Below, piece after piece: positions 49,401 to 63,100 of a stretch of 64,000 nt of DNA. The stretch covers positions 2,604,001-2,668,000 of the forward strand of contig NC_135769.1 in the NCBI RefSeq assembly GCF_052425735.1. Reading direction: 5' to 3'. Made by a program: the position numbers and the translations under genes. Source of the stretch: Oculina patagonica. Its lineage: Eukaryota. The notes under the pieces were generated by a model. The model saw nothing but the letters and a program-made list of their open reading frames with translations. It was not told where the DNA came from and did not search any database. Each line of letters opens with the position of its first letter. The stretch's first letter is position 1.

Positions 49401-52400
49401 TGAAACAGGGTTGAGTGATATCTGCAGGCAGGGATACAGGGACACCCTGAGATTTTTAAAGGAGCACTGTAAGTTTTATTCAGATGGCATGTTTGACAGT
49501 ATCGTATCACAGTATTATCAGTTTAAAGGGGCTATGTCATGCAATTTTAGGCAATTTCGGCACTGACCAACTGGTCATAGAATTAACTGAAATATCACAA
49601 TAATGCCTTTAAACCGTAGAAGAACTCAAAAGAAACAGAGAAAGACCAAAAACGGGCATGGATGGGCAAAATTTGAGAAGATTAAAACGGATTCCATTGG
49701 AGACTTGAAAAAATGTCGCCCCAGCTTTTTCAAGTTTATCTCAATTTGTATGAATGTGTCATTCACAATGCTTAAAATCGTCCTTGTTTGTAACATGGCT
49801 GTGAATTTGCCAATAAAAAGACTTTCGCTCTATCAATTTGAAGTTTAGCAATTTTAATTAACGAAAATAAATAGAATTACCTAAAATACCGTGACCTAGC
49901 CCCTTTAAGAAAGCTCGCTGAGATCTCCAGGCAGTATATATTTTACTTATTGAACAGATGTAAAAAAAAATTAATAGGTAGGTGTTACACAAAAAAAAAA
50001 TTAAAAAGATCATGATGGCCACTGTTGGTTAAGTGAATTGGACTCTAAACCAAAGAACTCTAAGTTCAAGTCTGACTTGATCTCTGTGTAGTGTTCTAAT
50101 GTGCAACAAACTTTTCTCTAGCAGTTTGTCTCTCTTCCCAGAAGTAAAGATGGGTACTAGTACTAGCAAGTGGTTAGTTCAAGGGTAACATGTCAAAATT
50201 CTGGGTGTAGTCGCAAAACTTTAAATGCTGAGGAAACTTCATTAGATAATGTAATTGACTTAGGAGGTGATACTGGGCCACCAACTGGCCAGAAATGCAG
50301 ACTAACTTTCATTAGATAACAGTTTTATTTTTATTGATAAACAAGGACCAATTTTTTGTTTTTCAGATCCTGAAACGCTAACACAGGGGTCTCCGAGAAC
50401 AGCTTCCATGTCTTTAGATCTTCCACCATCCCACAGTAACCCACCTGCTTCCTGCCAAGAAACATTAAGCTCCAGTCGCAAAACAAGCTGCAGTTCAGAA
50501 ATTTTATCAAACAGCTCGTTCTGTAGCTGCAGTGAGATTGAAGTTTTCTCTGGATCAGAAAGTGAAAAGGATGAGACTGAAGTGGAGGAAGGGGAATCAA
50601 AACTTTCCATGTGTGAGTCACAATGAAATTTTAAAAATAAATGAAAATTAATTCAAATTATAATATTGTCATTTTATTATACCGGTATATTTACATTATG
50701 GTCATAAATCTGAAGTTGGCGGCTCTTGAATAAGGTACAGTTAAGGTTTGGCCCCAGTCGTTCAAAGGGTGGATAAGGCTATCCACCGGATAAATCACTA
50801 TCCAGTAAATAGTGAAGAAGGTTTGGTATGACAGTTATCCAGTGGATAGCCTTATCCTAATTACTGTTGCCTTTGCCTCCCCTACTCACTTCAAAATATA
50901 TAAATTGCTACTGAATCAAACTGAGGGGTAAACAGAATTTGCAAGAAAAATCGAACATGATTATAGCAATTGGCAAGAGGAAACAAAAGCAGATAAATGA
51001 AAAATCAGTTAAACTTTTGAACCATAAAGTTTGGTATATTTCAATATTTTTTTCTGTTGATGAACCGGTAATTCATTTCAAACGCAATGCTTAGATTCGT
51101 CAGCTTATTTTCTATTGTTTTTTCTCTAGGTTTGTTGCCCAAATTCCAATCATTTTGCCTGAGAAAATTTTGCCCTGGGGGGAGGGGCTGCAGCCCCCTC
51201 TCCTCTCCCCCCACCTTGTACACCTGTGTAATTTAATAATAATCATCATTCCCTGTCTTTTCACTTGCAGTACTCCACCAGGCCAGTCAAGCTGCGACAG
51301 AAGCAGAGCTTTGGTCATGCTTCCTAGTGCGAAGATCAAAATATTTCTTGAAAGTTTTTGCACAGCCATGTGTCATTACTATCAATCAAGTCGTGGTCAT
51401 GCTCAAAATGTGAGTTACCGGTAGAAAACATTTCTTACATTTCCAAGAGTTACAAATTTATGTGGGACTTTGACTTGTTAAAATAAAAACAAAATTAATT
51501 CATGTTAAGGTAAAGGTTAAGTCTGCGATAGAGCCTAGTGGCCCACCAGGCCAGAGCTTTTCCTAGTTTCAGTAGTATATGAAGGGGCTAGGAGTACTTT
51601 AACTCCCTCCTGGATGGGATGCTAGTCTATCACAGGGTCACCCCCCAGCATTATTTCGTCAGTACCCATTTATACATCTGGGTGGAAAAAGGCACAGTGA
51701 GAGTGAAGTGTCTTGCTCATTGCCTTGGCCAGGGCTTAAAAGCCGGACTGCCCAATCTCAAGTCTAGTGTGCTAACCATTAGCCCACTTTAGTGCCTCCC
51801 AAATTAGGACAAAGTGGAGGGTTTTGCATAATGTGAATTATTTTTTATTTATTTAAATTCAACCCTCCAAGTTTACTTTTTGCCTAAGTGGCCATTTGGC
51901 CACCAACTACTCAAGTTTTGGTCGCCAGTGAAAAATTTTAGTCACCAAATTAAGCTGATGCCTTCAATCATTCCTCTCAATTTTAGTCGCCAGGCTGGCG
52001 ACCTTGGTTCAAATTTAGTCGCCAGCTCCAAAATTTTAGTCGCCATGGCGACTAAAATGGTCTTAACTTGGAGAGTTGAAATTATTTTGTCTTTCTTTTA
52101 AAAATTAATACAGAGTAAGCTTATAAGATTTTGTGTGTGCGTGTGAGGGGGGGGGGGGGGCTGGGCAGTGAGCCCAGCCTGGTTGGAGTATAAGTTTCAG
52201 CTGTGAGGTCCACAAAATGAGATGTGACACTTAAAGATGGTTATGCTATGCTACATTTTAATAAATAAACTAAACAATTTTGCTTACTTCGATTTTAGAT
52301 TTTTGGAATTGCTGACCAAAGTTGAAAAGACAGGAAACAAGTATTTTGATGAGCTGCTGTCAGTCATCACCACAATGTTCCACACTTATGAAGATAGGCA

Positions 52401-53100
52401 CCAAGTATCCATACAAACATGGTGTGCCGTCAGCCTGTTTCCCTTTAATACCCAAGGGTGATGAATAACTAAATTTCCTTTGCCTTCTTACTACAGTATA
52501 TTGTAGTACAGAAAGGTTACAAGAGTCAAGATATTTAAACAAAGTTATGTAAAGTTTAAACTAGAGAACCGGGAAGATATCTTGGTTTGTTAAAAATTAT
52601 CCAACATAATATTCAAAGAATATAACTGCAATCCAGTAATGAGAGTTTTGAAACTTTGTAAAACCAAGCTCTTTTTCTAAGAAAGTGACAAAATAAAAAT
52701 TTTAAAAAAAGCCTTTTAAAAAACTTTAACTTCTTGTACCTGTAACCAAGTAACTGGAAAAATACTGCAGGCTTATTAATAATGTCTTATATGCATTTTT
52801 AGTATTAATAATGCATTAACCTACTTGGTTCTTATTTTTACTAGGAAATCTGGATTACAGGTTACAGAGATTCCCAGGGGAGGTAAGTAAACATACATTC
52901 TGTAACTGTGATTTGGGAAGTTAATCCTTTAAGTTGATCCTTGGTAAATGTGTTAAGTTTTCCATTCCACATTTCAATGTTAAACTATCATAAGAAAACT
53001 TTCAAATAAGTCCTCGTTGGACAAGGGGAGGTTTCAAACTATGTAGTGTTTGTATCTGTTGGAGACCATATGCTAAGTAGAGGTAGCTAGGGGTCACAAA

Positions 53101-53157
<57 letters not shown>

Positions 53158-54018
53158 GTAATAGTAATAATGATAATAAATATGCATTTATATCGCGCAA
53201 ATTCAACAAAAGTTTTCAAATGCGTGTTACAAATATAAATTAAAAGGTAGATAAAAAATAGATAAAATAAAAGATGGATTAAAAATTAAAAATATATTAT
53301 ATGACTGTACACTAATAAAAAGCTTGTTTAAAAAGATATGTCTTCAGAGCTCGCTTAAAATGATCAATGGAAGTGATTCTCCTTATTTCTACGGTAGCTG
53401 GTTCCATAGTTTAGGCGCAGCCGCCGGAAAAGCCCTGTCACCGAGGGTAGATAGAGTCTTTACAACAGGTGGTGACAAAAGCAGTTTGACATAATTTGAT
53501 CTCAGGCCATAGTTCGATTCTGACTTGACAGATATAAGAACAGAAATGTATTTAGGGACAAATCCATGGATCGTTTTAAAAGTAATTAAAATAACCTTAA
53601 ACCTTAGTAGAGGTTTAACTTTAAATAAATTCAATGCATTCCTGAAGAAAAATAATTTTTATATTTTTTCACAGCTGCTGCATCATTGCTTACTTTATCT
53701 GAGTGGACAAAAAACATGAGCGATGATTCTAGAAGCTGCAAATGCCGTTGTAACGCTGAAGGTCTGGCTACTTCTTGTGATAGAGAATGCAGCATGGCAC
53801 ATGCCGGAAGTAATGCATGTACCGTCAACATGGATGCAGGCAGCAGCGATGATACCTGCAAGTTTATCTTCAATGCCAATGCTTTGTGCAGGGAATTGCA
53901 AGAATGCCTTTCGGAAACCATGGTTATGATGGAACGTCATGTTGGTGACAGTTATGCAGGAAAGGAATCCGACAATACACAGGATGAAAGCAACAATAAC
54001 TCATCTGTTATAGTTTAA
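46493..54018 (+). CDS. PNPLA2: PNPLA2-like lipase, copy B; exons 46493-46909, 48067-48132, 49195-49468, 50367-50612, 51271-51409, 52299-52421, 52845-52882, 53675-54018
   Basis: Same catalytic motifs (SGCGFLG, GASAG, DGG). The first five exons have the same lengths as in copy A (417, 66, 274, 246, 139). Confidence 0.87.
47483..47829. mobile_element. MITE with internal gggactagt repeats
   Basis: TIR aggtcggcacacacaaggg / cccttgtgtgtgccagcct. Confidence 0.65.
48362..48558. mobile_element. MITE (ttagtcgcca-repeat family); second copy at ~51860-52078
   Basis: TIR cagccctccaagtt / aacttggagggttg. Confidence 0.7.
48920..49110. mobile_element. PIF/Harbinger-like MITE
   Basis: TIR tgtgctgttccagaaaatatccataccc / gggtatgaatattttctggaataacaca. 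Confidence 0.7.
49527..49904. mobile_element. TTAA-flanked Kolobok-like MITE
   Basis: ttaa|aggggctatgtca ... tgacctagcccct|ttaa. Confidence 0.82.
51530..51790 (-). mobile_element. SINE-like dispersed repeat
   Basis: Reverse complement of the family at 16870-17112 and 59697-59945. Confidence 0.65.
53101..53620 (-). mobile_element. 5'-truncated CR1/L2-group LINE 3' end with a (TTA)n tail
   Basis: FKVILITFK.IHG..P.YI and TLGDRAFPAAAPKLWNQLP, in the same class as 34669-35253. (TAA)n at 53101-53180. Confidence 0.82.
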
Positions 54019-55322
54019 GGGATGTGGGTGGGTCTAGTTGCAGCTCAGAGCATGGTTGCCGATGAGTGAAGCAATGCTCTTAAATAAGGCCCTTTTCTCC
54101 CTTTATTTCTACAAATTAAGTTATTTGGTGGGAAAACTTCAAGCTGATGTTAGGGGCTGGATTACCCTTACTAATGATATGTAGCTTTAAATTTGTATAG
54201 ACATCTTTGTGTAATAAATTAAATTCTTTATTGATAAAGGAAACTAAAAAGAGCGGTACATGAGACAAAGATGTGTGACTTATCAAAAAGATTTTTAAAT
54301 TGTTTAATTAGAATAATTATTAATATCTTTTCTATATTATACAGTATATGGTACATTATTGTTCCCTAAAAGTTTATGTGTGTTGCATTGTACACAGTTA
54401 TTAAATAATTTTCTATTTCAGAAACAATACATGGAATTATACTATTAATTTCTAACCGTCCAAAAGTGTGAAAATTAATATTAGAATTGTGTGACTTTAT
54501 TACAACCAATTTAAGCATATTTTTGCTCCTTATTCAGGTTTACAATTGTAAATATCAAATTAAAACTAAATTTTTCAAAGAATGAATCTATTTGATATAT
54601 AAGAAATTATTTATAAATATTGGTATAATCGATATACATGGTTTCAGCACTGTTATTAATATATGCCTCCAGAGTTGATCACAGAATATTATTTTTCCTT
54701 ATGACATCAATCATATAGATCACAAGAAAAAAAGATATTAGGGGAGAAGAAATGTATATAAACACAAGTGAAGGAACATTTGAATGTTGACATTTAAACA
54801 ACAGTTACTACTTAAAATATCCTTAACTTAGAGTTAAACAGTTTTCAGGATGAAATGACAGCAATGCCATGGAAGATGTTAAGATTTACAATATTAAGAA
54901 GGGCAAGATCTACTTTTCACAATGCTTGCAGGAGTCGACTATTAGTTACTTATCTATTAACTTATTTATTAAGTGTTCAAAATGAACAGTCCTAATATTG
55001 AACCTTAATGTCATATTCTGTAATAGCAACTTCCAGCTTGAAAAAATTTTTATATATTTTTTTTTTTTTTCTCTTTTTTTTTTTTTCTCTCAAAATATAT
55101 ATTTTTTTTTTTAAAAAAATTTTTTCTCAAAATTTATTTATATCACGTCTTTTGTTATTAACCTCCAGGAATGATGTATCATTCAGCTGGAAAACTATAC
55201 CTGGTTGGGTGCTCAGTGTCATTTGTGGCAGAATAAAACTTGAAGTTGTTTTGAAAATAGTGGTATGAATTTTGCTTCAAGGTTGTGGGGTGTGTATCAT
55301 ATCTGTAGGCCCCTCCTATGAG

Positions 55323-55552
55323 GAGAGGCGGGTTTCTTTTACAGGTCACATTCCACAGGTCACAAGCACAGGTCACTGTGCTACTGACATATTAACAGGC
55401 TAAACATAGCGTTCTATTCCTAGAACACTTGTTGGATAGCTGTTTAGGGCTGGGAGACTGTGTTTAGGTTGTTTATATATCAGCAACATATGTATACAGT
55501 GACCTGTGCTTGTGACCTGTGGAATGTGACCTGTAAAAGAAACCTGTCTCTC
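55323..55552. mobile_element. MITE with ~55-bp TIRs containing caggtcac repeats
   Basis: gtttcttttacaggtcacattccacaggtcacaagcacaggtcactgt and its exact inverse; tcctatga on both flanks. Confidence 0.75.
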
Positions 55553-57023
55553 CTATGATGCACTGTCAATGTTAAGCTGACATGTAGAGGGTGGCATAGG
55601 TGTGTTACAAAAAGTATTTTCGATAGGGTGGGGGGAATCATAAAAGAGAGAGGACTCTTGTAGACCTTTCCTATGTCAAAAATGCCATTTAATCTGTTCC
55701 ATTTTAGTCTCAAAGAAAACTCAAGGAGAAATCTATTTGTCAAGCGTGTCACTGTTACAAGATCTTTAACTTGGCATTCCCCCTCCCAACAGGGGCTACA
55801 GGGCTTTTGAGGGGCTCAGTCCCCGCCCACATTTTAGTGCTGAAATTATTGTTAGTGCAGCATAAAATTGGTTTATCAGGATATTCAGTCTAGTGATCTT
55901 TTCACAAATTGTTGCATCAGCATCAATTTTTAATACCCCGCACTGGCTGTTGATAAGTTGAAACTTTCATGTGTTTAAATAAAATGTCATTCCCTGTTCT
56001 AGGAATTTTCTCTAAAATGGATACACCATTCTAGATCAGGAGTCCCAAAATCACAACCCTGTTGGGTGGCACATACCCATATAGGTATTTTAGGGAAGTA
56101 GCCCTCCCCCCCCCCCCCCCCCAGCACATCCCTCCTGATCTTCTGTAAGATGTTTTAGTACATTTCACCCACCTGTCTACCCAGCCATTACAATGTGGGG
56201 TATTTCAATTATTTTATAACATTATAGACACGCTGTATGTAAAGGGGTCTATGTGGCTGTAGTCCTTTGCACGCGTTGCGGGCTTATATACATTCGCACA
56301 GACGCGTACGATCCATGGGATCCAAGTAGCTAAAAGGTCTGTAATATTTTTCTACAAAAACATGCAGTATTAAAATAGCTATTGTCTTACAATGCAAGCC
56401 TTAGCATATTGTTTACGAAATACCTGCAAGTTTTGATCGCAGTGATAAGATGTATGCATTCAGCTCCGGCCCAGAGCTTCCTGTGATCGTTCACGATTCC
56501 TCCCTTTGCGTTCGTCTTTCTGCAAACGTGACTTTTTGGAATATACAGAATCGAACCTAAAGATCAAAATAACAGGCATAAATTTCCTCTGCTAAAAACG
56601 ACTACATGTACCCAGAAATATCTACGCTGTGGGATTAGGGTTCGGTTCGGGATAAATCACCTTTTCAGACTTTTCAATGTAGCGTGAATTTTTAAACACC
56701 TTGAACTTGGCACTTTGCAAGGATCCCCTGTTGTGGATCTTGGAGGGTCCCCTCGGGAATACTATCCCGGACGAACAAAACACCTTCTGACTAGAGTAGG
56801 GAGGGAATCGTGTCCTGCTCAAAACTTCAAAGTTGTGAGTAGTCCCAGTAAGCTAGTATATTTTTTTGCGCAAAGAAAACTTTATAATCATTCCCAGTAA
56901 ATAATTCAGTTTAACTTAATAAAAAATAAAGGAAAAAAACCCAAAGAGTTCAAGTTTATGATCACACCGTCGGGGATAGGGTCAGGGGGGAGAGGACTCA
57001 CGTTTTGGTCAGCGGCTTGTATT

Positions 57024-57048
57024 GCGCCAAATACGTTCCCGCCATTTT
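57024..57048 (+). promoter_or_regulatory. E2F-type sites and a YY1-like motif upstream of POLD1
   Basis: gcgccaaa (57024-57031) and ttcccgcc (57036-57043), the latter overlapping ccgccatttt, about 110 bp before the ATG. Consistent with an S-phase gene. Confidence 0.55.
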
Positions 57049-57150
57049 CAACTTTCATCTTGCAAACTCTTGCAAACTAACCTCCAAATATTACGATCAA
57101 AACGGTTGCAAATCTGTTGAAAACTGGCCAGTTTGCCCAGTTTAGGCGAC

Positions 57151-60100
57151 ATGGATGGTACTCAGAAACGAAAAGGAAGCCAAGAGGGAAGCAGCTCTGC
57201 AAAACGTTCCCGAAACGATGAAGGGTCTTCAGGTGGTTTCGAGGAAGAGTTGGCTTCGCTCGGTGAAATCTCCATCAAAAATCCTCAATCCAAGTGGCCG
57301 AGGCCAGCAGTGCCGAAAATAAATGCCTCAACAGATAGCATCGTGTTTCAGCAGCTGGAGGTGGATAACTATATAGGTTTGTATCCTCAATTAGATGTTC
57401 GATCAAAGAAATTGTTGTGCATGTTTTGGAAGACGAGTTTTCGAAGCCTTCGCTAAAGGCTTCGATCTGACTGTTTTATTATGTACAGTTTGATGTGTTT
57501 GTTTTTATCGCACTTATTCTAATGTTGATCGAACCAAAATAGTTTTGGATATACGATCCACTGTTGTGACGAATCTATAAATTCTTCAAACCTTTTTGAA
57601 CCAAATCAAAGTAGTGAGGTTATGTATCAGTCAAATCGAAGGTTCAACATCCCCCCCCCCCCCGGGCATACCCCGGGCATTTGACGCCTTTTCCTTCCCG
57701 GGGGAAGGGAATTTGATAATCAAAGTCTTCCCGGGGGTGGGGAATTGATCCGACCACATAGGGGGTGGGAAATTTGAACGCAGACTTGATTTCTGGTTAT
57801 ACGTGTCCCAGTAAATGCACGTGGGTTTATAATCATGGCAGAGATGATTATCTTCTATGTATTTTATCTTCTAGTATTAACTATAGAACAGAGGAAAAAA
57901 TGTGTGTCTATTTTTAGAGCCAGTGTGCAGACAGGATTTTACGATCATAAGAAGCTACACAGATAAAACAGTCGTCTGTTTAACTATTAATTTTTCCCGG
58001 GGGTGGGGACATTTGATCACTGAAAACGGGCTCGTGGTGGGGCATTTGAACGGCTTTTTGGCCCAGGGAGGCGGGAATTTGAACGCAAATTTTCTAAAAA
58101 TTCAAATGCCCGGGGGGTTGCCCGGGGGGGGGGGGGATGTTGAACCTTCGATTTGGCTGATACATTATGAGAATGAAAAACTTGATCATCTTAGGAAAGA
58201 AGTCTTCACTTCAAACCTACGATGGGAATATTTTGGTAGTGTCTATACAGCCCCTTTCTGAATCTTCAATTTTTTCTATAAGTGGGAAGTTCAGAATTAT
58301 GGAATCATTAAAATTGAATTTGGGACCTGTCAGAATCAGTTTTTACTAAATCCCAGCCCTGTCAGAATCTGAAGAAAATCTGCCCTCTACTGGGAGAAAA
58401 TTTTTGGAACATCCCATTACATAGCATCAAATATCTGACTGATGACAAAATGTTTGATGGGAAAAAGTCACAGATAGCATAAAGCTTGGACATATTAAAA
58501 ATGTTGTGCATGCAAGATAAAATGAAGATTTAAAAGCTCTACGTGGTCAGGGCTTTACAACTGGGAAAAAGTTAAAGCATATTTTTGAAGGGTTTTCTGT
58601 GTACCAGATTTGGAGGGGGTGCTTATCTTGAGAATTTTACAGGAGCCTTAAAGAAAAGACAAGCGTCCCACATGTGGTATATCTCAATGAGTCACAAAAT
58701 GACAAAATCAATTCCAGTATATTATGCTTTCTGTTTTGTCTTGTTTAAGGTTCACCCCTGCAAGGGATGCCTGGTTCAAAAGTTGGTCCAGTGCCGATTG
58801 TTCAAATGTATGGAGTGACGATGGAGGGGAACAGTGTTCTGTGTCACATTCATGGTTTTGTGCCGTACTTCTTTGTCCCTGCTCCTCCAGGATTCCAGCA
58901 AAGTCACTGCAGTTTATTTCAGGATGGACTGAATAAAGCTGTGTTGAATGACATGAGATCTAATAAAGACAACATAAGCCAAGTAAGTGTTCAACATGCC
59001 AAATCCTCCTTGTGCTATTTCTGGTGACTTGTTGAATGGCAGTCCTCTCTTAGTTCCTTGCCCCCTGGTGGGGGATAGGGCCGGACCGGTTTCCGTAATC
59101 AGCTTGGTTTTACGGGATGGGGTGATTGGCCCCATGCCCAACCCCCAACCTGGAGGACCAGGGATTTTCTGTCGGGGTGTCCTTCCCTTAGCCACGGGTA
59201 CCAGATATTTAAAGGCGCTGGAAGCTCGCCTTTCACCATTGTCACTCAGCTACATCGTATTACCAGGGTCACCAAACGTGGAGGTGTGACATATGACTTG
59301 CTGGCAGAGCCTTTTTGAGACGGTAGGCATTTCTCGGCACTTACGAGAGCTACCTAGTGGCAACAGTAGCTCTCACCGGGACCTTTTACCAGCCTTTGAC
59401 CCCGTTGAATGGCAGTACTGCCCAAAAAACTTTTTTAATGTATTTCAGCGCTGGAAATTTTGTATTAATTAGTATAACATTTTTTTAGGCTGTCCTAGCT
59501 GTTGACTGTGAGATGAAGGAGAGTATCTATGGATATCATAACAACAGAAAGATCCCTTTCCTTCGCATCACAATGGCACTACCAAAACTTATCGCACCAG
59601 CCAAAAGGATCTTAGAGACAGGCTTTAAATGTGCAGATTTTCCAGAGAGAGGATATTCCACCTACGAGAGCAATATTGATTACGAGGTAAGTGTTGTAAG
59701 TGGCTAGACTCCTGATTGGGTGGGGTGAGTCTGAGCTCTGGCCTAGGCCATTGTGATGTGTTCTTGGGCAAGTCACCTTGCTCTTACAGTGCCTCTCTCC
59801 ACCCAGATGTATAAATAGGTATCGGCTTATTAAAAACTGGGAGTAGGGAGTTACCCTGTGATGGACTAGCATCCTATTCAGGGGGGAGTAGAAATATTCC
59901 TAGTCACTTCATGCTACAGAAATCAGAGTTCAGCACTGACCATATGGGAGGCTCCCCCAGGGTTTTTCAGTAAACAAGAGAACATGTCCATAACTTTTTG
60001 GGAACGTGGGAACAAAATCATATTTTAGGGAACACCAAAATCAAAGAAATATTTTTTAGGGATTTTTACGGAACATGGGAACACAAGGGAAATTTTGTTG

Positions 60101-63100
60101 GAAACAATGGAACCCCCCTCCCCCAACCTCTAAATATTATAACATAAACCCCATTAAAACAAATGCAAAAGGTAACTCATAATGGCCTATTAAAAATGTT
60201 TGAATTAAAAAAAAAATTACCAATAATTTTTATTTATTTTTAACAAGTTTGACTTTTTTTTTTGATTGTCTCAAATTCATAATTATAGTCTGAAACACAG
60301 AAATAAAAATCAAACTGGTTTGAAAAACTTAAACCAAAGATAAAATAATTAAAACCACAACCTATATATGGACATGAAAACAGAGAACAATTTGCTGGAT
60401 TTTTCTCATTGTAGGTTCGGTTTATGGTAGACACAGAAGTTGTAGGCTGTAACTGGATAGAGTTACCTGCTGGAAAATACAAAATGCGCTCGCCTTTAGG
60501 TGAAGGAAGTGCAAAGAGTGATGGTCGACCTGTGTCACATTGTCAAATTGAAGTTGATATAGCATATGATGAGTTCATCAGTCACCCTCCTGAAGGTAAA
60601 TAATTATATGGTTAAAACTATATACGTTCATTCTTGACCTTGAGTTCATTTAAATAATAGTAATAATATTTCTCGTCACAATGTCTCTACCGTGGACAGC
60701 GAAAGGAAAATCAAGAAAGCCATCCGCATCAGGCACCAACATCCACCAGTAGATATAGATGGGGTTATAAATTACCACCATTTTAAACCACTTTTTGTCA
60801 CGTGACTAAACAAACCATGAAACCATTTGACAACACAGAGCTCATTTTGCTGAAAAAGACTGTGAGATACATGGTCGAAAGCTTCATTTGATTTAATTTT
60901 CAGACCTTGTGACGAGAATTATGTTCATTTAATTTTATGGTTAATTTTGTGATTTTTGGAAACAACTATGTTTAGACTAGTGAATGTTTTTGTTGCTTCC
61001 TGTAAATTGCTTGACTTTTTTACATGGCTGGTTTGCATTGTTTATTCATACCTGGGGGGGGGGGGGTATGAATAAACCCGGAGGGATCCTCAGTTATGTT
61101 TTGGGTGGATATGTGCCGCCTGTGTCTCTAAATTAGCACCCCATTTTTAAAAGAATTTGCATTCAAACTGATACCCTCATTCTGAAAATAGATCAATTTT
61201 TAATACCCCATCTGGCTGCTGATAATTTGAAACTTTTGTGAGTTTGAAATATCAAACCCATTCTAGGAATTGTCTCTAAAATGGATATCCTGTCCTAGAT
61301 CAGGAGCCCCTTTGGACAGCACATACCCATATAGACTGTGAAGATCTCATTCTATTTCATTCTTTTTTTTTTTCATCAAGGTGAATGGTCCAAAGTGGCT
61401 CCTGTTCGTATCTTGAGTTTTGATATAGAATGTGCAGGAAGAAAGGGTGTGTTCCCTGAACCAGAGAAGGATCCAGTGATACAGATAGCAAACATGGTCA
61501 TAAACCAAGGTGATAAGGACCCATTCATCAGGAATGTCTTCACACTTAACTCATGTGCACCCATTGTTGGATCACAAGTGTTGTCATACTCTAAAGAAGG
61601 AGATATGCTTCAGGTTTGTTAATGATTTATCTGTTATGGTTTAATTATTTTCCATTTTAGCAGAGCTCCCTGCGGCCCAAAGGGCTGCAGGGCTGAGCCC
61701 CATAACCATAATGCAGGCATAGAAAAATTGCATAGAAATGGGAGAACCATACGTTTCATTTATTATGGTCATCATGGCTAGCAGCATGGTTTGCGACAGC
61801 ATGCGTGCAGCATGGTCTGACCAGCATGCGGACAGTCGTGTAGGTTCAACTCCCTTTGAGAGAACTTGGAAATTTCTCCAAGTACGGTAACTTGCGCCAC
61901 CGACTAATTGAAAAATGTCTTTATCATACTTCTACCAAGTTTTATTAATATAATATAATTATTTATTTATTTTTATTAGTTTTTACTACTTTTTGTGGTC
62001 TACAGGCATGGAGTGATTTTGTCAAGAAAGTGGACCCTGACATCATAACTGGATACAATGTTGTGAACTTTGACCTTCCATATCTGCTTAATCGAGCAGC
62101 AGCTTTAAAAGTTCAGCCGTTCTCACTGCTAGGACGAGTTAGAGATGAAAAGAGCACAATATCTAACACAACTTTCCAATCTCGAGCGTATGGTAAACGT
62201 GAAAACAAAGTCATAAACATTGCCGGCCGTGTGCAGTTTGATCTGTTACATGTTCTTCTGAGAGACTACAAGCTGAGATCTTACACGCTTAATTCTGTCA
62301 GTTTCTATTTCTTACAAGAACAGAAGGAGGATGTGCATCATAACATTATCACAGATCTACAGGTATGGACAAAATTATTGGCTGGAATAACAAGCTTTTG
62401 ATTGTACCTTTGGGTGATGTTATTAAAAAGGTTGTTGTTCATTATAATATGGTAATTAAATAAAATAACCAAGTATTTATATGTAGTCACTTGTGATTAT
62501 GAATTGCGAGGTTTCAACTGCTTCTATAGTCTTTATCAGGTGATGAGGTCAACTGGTTACAAATAACCTCTTAACTAGGCACAATGCTACACTGTGATTG
62601 GTTGGTTTTCCTTGTACAGTTCTCCTGTCGTTGTGTTTCTTGATCCCTAACCTGTTCTTGTTGTTAGGGTGGAATCTTATGTGAAATATCTCTTTGACAC
62701 TATGAAGATGATGATCAATTATCTTTCCCTCATTCCAAAGCATGCCCGATACAGTGTACAGTACTGCTCAAAAGAAGGGTACCACCCTCTCCCGAGACGA
62801 GACACTCGTCTCGGGAGACGCTTGAAAAAAACTGGAAGTATGTTCTATCATGTTACAAAATTGTCTAGTTCTATTTTTTTCTTTGCATCCTGAATTAGTT
62901 ATTTTGGATATTATTATTTTTTTATCTAGAATGGCAATGACCAGACCCGTCGCAGACTGGCTATCTACTGTATGAAAGATGCAATTCTCCCATTGAGGTT
63001 ACTGGAGAAGCTTATGTGCATAATTAACTACATGGAAATGGCTCGAGTGACTGGTGTTCCACTGAGTTACCTGTTATCCAGAGGACAGCAGATTAAAGTC

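Noticed and set aside
53002-53187. Poly-Tyr ORF
   Set aside because: Translation of the (TAA)n LINE tail.
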